A stretch of 33,000 bases of DNA from Fimbriosthenelais zetlandica (lineage: Eukaryota): positions 3,317,001 to 3,350,000 of the forward strand of contig OZ365115.1 of assembly GCA_977030845.1 (NCBI GenBank), read 5' to 3'. The position numbers and the translations under genes are program-made. Positions 30,951 through 33,000 of this stretch are shown here, piece after piece. Every line of letters begins with the position of its first letter. Position 1 is the stretch's first letter. A model generated the notes under the pieces. The model worked only from the letters and a program-made list of their open reading frames with translations, had not been told where the DNA came from and searched no databases.

Positions 30951-32211
30951 GGTTGGGAGGTTTGGTGCAACAAGCCTCTTGACGGAGGCCGTTATCGATT
31001 GTCTCCTTTCAGCCTTATTCTGACACCTAAGTTATAAGAGATTTAAGTCTTCTCCTTTTAAAGATGAAAATGTATACATTTTAATCTGTTCTAAACTTTT
31101 CAATGTGAGGTTTTGTCTTCTGCAAAATGACAAGATTCTAGAAAGTATGGGCAACCATATCATGTCCGTAATCGAGAAAATCCTAGAGCAAAAGCACAGT
31201 GGGGAGGGGGTTTAATTTGAGTATATTCGACCCATCACTCACTAAGTGACGTGCAATTTAACATGAGCAAGTATTTAAGCCGACACGTGGTGGGAGAGGG
31301 GTTTAAGTCTGGTGCATGGACCCCGGAAGAGCTCCATATTCCAAGGCACCTTAACTGGGTGTGGGTCTAAATATATATACTCCTAGGGTACTCCGATCAC
31401 CATTAGATCTAACCCCCCCCCCCTGCCCCTCCCGTCACTTCCTTACTTCCTACCCCGCATGTTATAAGGGTGCCAGCCCACATAGCCAACCCAACCTTTA
31501 CTCTATCCAGACCCACTTGGCTGGATTTCTCCATAGGTGCCAATAGTGAGATTGGAGGTATGAATGTCAAAGATGGCAGGATAGAGTTTACACCTATTTG
31601 AACGTTTCATTTGCCACCTGTACTCACCTTAGGAAGGAAGAAATGTATTATTAAATATTACGTTCGAATAATGCAAAGTTTTCAGTGACAAAAATGTTGC
31701 AAATTTGAACATTTCAAGATTGAGATATGAATAAATATCTGAAGGCATAATGTAATGATACACATTCTTTTGATTGGAAACTAAATTCATGTCTTATGTC
31801 CATGCATCGTGTCAACTAAAATTTCACGTTTACATTATGGTATTTGGTCCAAAGTTTGACCAAAGTTTGAAAATGTGAAATATAAATTACAAAGGCCGCC
31901 GCAATTACAGCAGCTGCTATCAGAATATGTTAAATTATTGTCGTTAAAACAGGTGGTCTACTGAAACTTCCCTCTCACCCTGAGGACAAATGTTACGACC
32001 TGTGAGTCTGCGAAAAGCATTGAAAGAAATTCATGATTTATGGAGCAGTATTTAGCGACAAGGAACGCTATGTAAACTAACATTGCGGGGTACTTCCGCG
32101 GTGCAAAACATTTTGTTTAAGTTTAAGGGACGAAGAAGAGGCTCTAGCGTGTACAGGGGCATGTTTCATAAAGAAATGCGCTATAGAGCCACTGCTGCGA
32201 TAACATCCAAG

Positions 32212-32696
32212 GTGATGCTCGTGTCGCAATACAATTTATAAAGTTGAAGTGACCAAGGCCGTCCTCCATTGGTGCACTGTTCAATGTAACAAGCATCACC
32301 TTTGTCGCAGTAGTGTCGCAAGAATTATCCCAGCAGTAGAGACCTGGCAGTCTATGGGTTAAAAGTAGCGCATATTTTTTTATGAAACAACCCCTACAAC
32401 TAAGTACTTCAACAAGCACATTAGCCTTTCACTTAACCTCATTCCTAGAAACTCAAAACAGTTCGTTTTTACTTTTGTACCGAAAAACGGCTGGAATAGA
32501 GCAAGAGTTTTGGCGGTCTGGGACTAGACATTGACTGCCTAAAGCCTGGACTACATTACTGCGATTTTGTTAGTGACACTACTGCGACAAATGTGATGCT
32601 TGTGTTCTGAATGAAACATGTACGAGTGAAGGACAGCCTTAAGGCCTTGGACACTTTCATCACAATTTATAAATTGTATTGCGACACAAGCATCAA
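32212..32696. mobile_element. Decayed foldback / MITE-like element with ~150-bp inverted arms
   Basis: Left GTGATGCTCGTGTCGCAATACAATTTATAAA...CCAAGGCC...ACAAGCATCACCTTTGTCGCAGTAGTGTC...GGCAGTCTATG (32212-32356) is matched in reverse complement by 32529-32696; spacer ~170 bp; no ORF; no TSD seen. Confidence 0.75.
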
Positions 32697-33000
32697 CTTT
32701 TCGGTAGTATAGTTAGCCATGCAGAATGCAAGAGCCACCTTAGTTGAGTATCGTAATAGGGGATGAACCTTTTAATAGTGAAACTCTTCTATAGTCTTAC
32801 CACCTGAATTCACATGTAGTTACAACTTTACACGTAAGAATAACTTTGCAACATGACGGTTAGCATTCAGGGGGGGCTGGTGCCCTGAGGACACACTCGG
32901 GCGAGGAACTCTGTGCATGCCAAGATGGGAAACTCAGTAACAAAGAACTGAAAGGTCATCCCACCCCACAGACTGTAAGCCCTGGTAGGCCGACATGTAG

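Overview
This is eukaryotic, most likely invertebrate metazoan, genomic DNA (organism not identifiable from sequence). It is moderately AT-rich and looks like intronic/intergenic sequence. No ORF in the six-frame track resembles a protein family I recognise, and the longest ones are artefacts of CT/GA microsatellites. Supported content: (1) about ten degenerate copies of one tRNA-derived SINE family (tRNA-like head, a conserved core containing CCCAGTGCTGCTAACTGG, and a tail of 44-bp hairpin-forming repeats), nine of them on the minus strand; (2) a 20-copy tandem array of the 38-bp 5' (A-box) half of that tRNA-like head, capped by a single T-arm/B-box; (3) a ~67-bp Harbinger-like MITE (one solo copy, one tandem dimer) and a larger decayed foldback element; (4) many mini- and microsatellites; (5) several dense transcription-factor motif clusters (CACGTGA E-boxes, CRE, RFX X-boxes, ETS, YY1, CArG-like, NBRE); (6) low-confidence spliced exon chains on both strands, predicted from splice signals only. 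I see no evidence of prokaryotic systems, CRISPR arrays, rRNA, intact tRNA or autonomous transposon ORFs.
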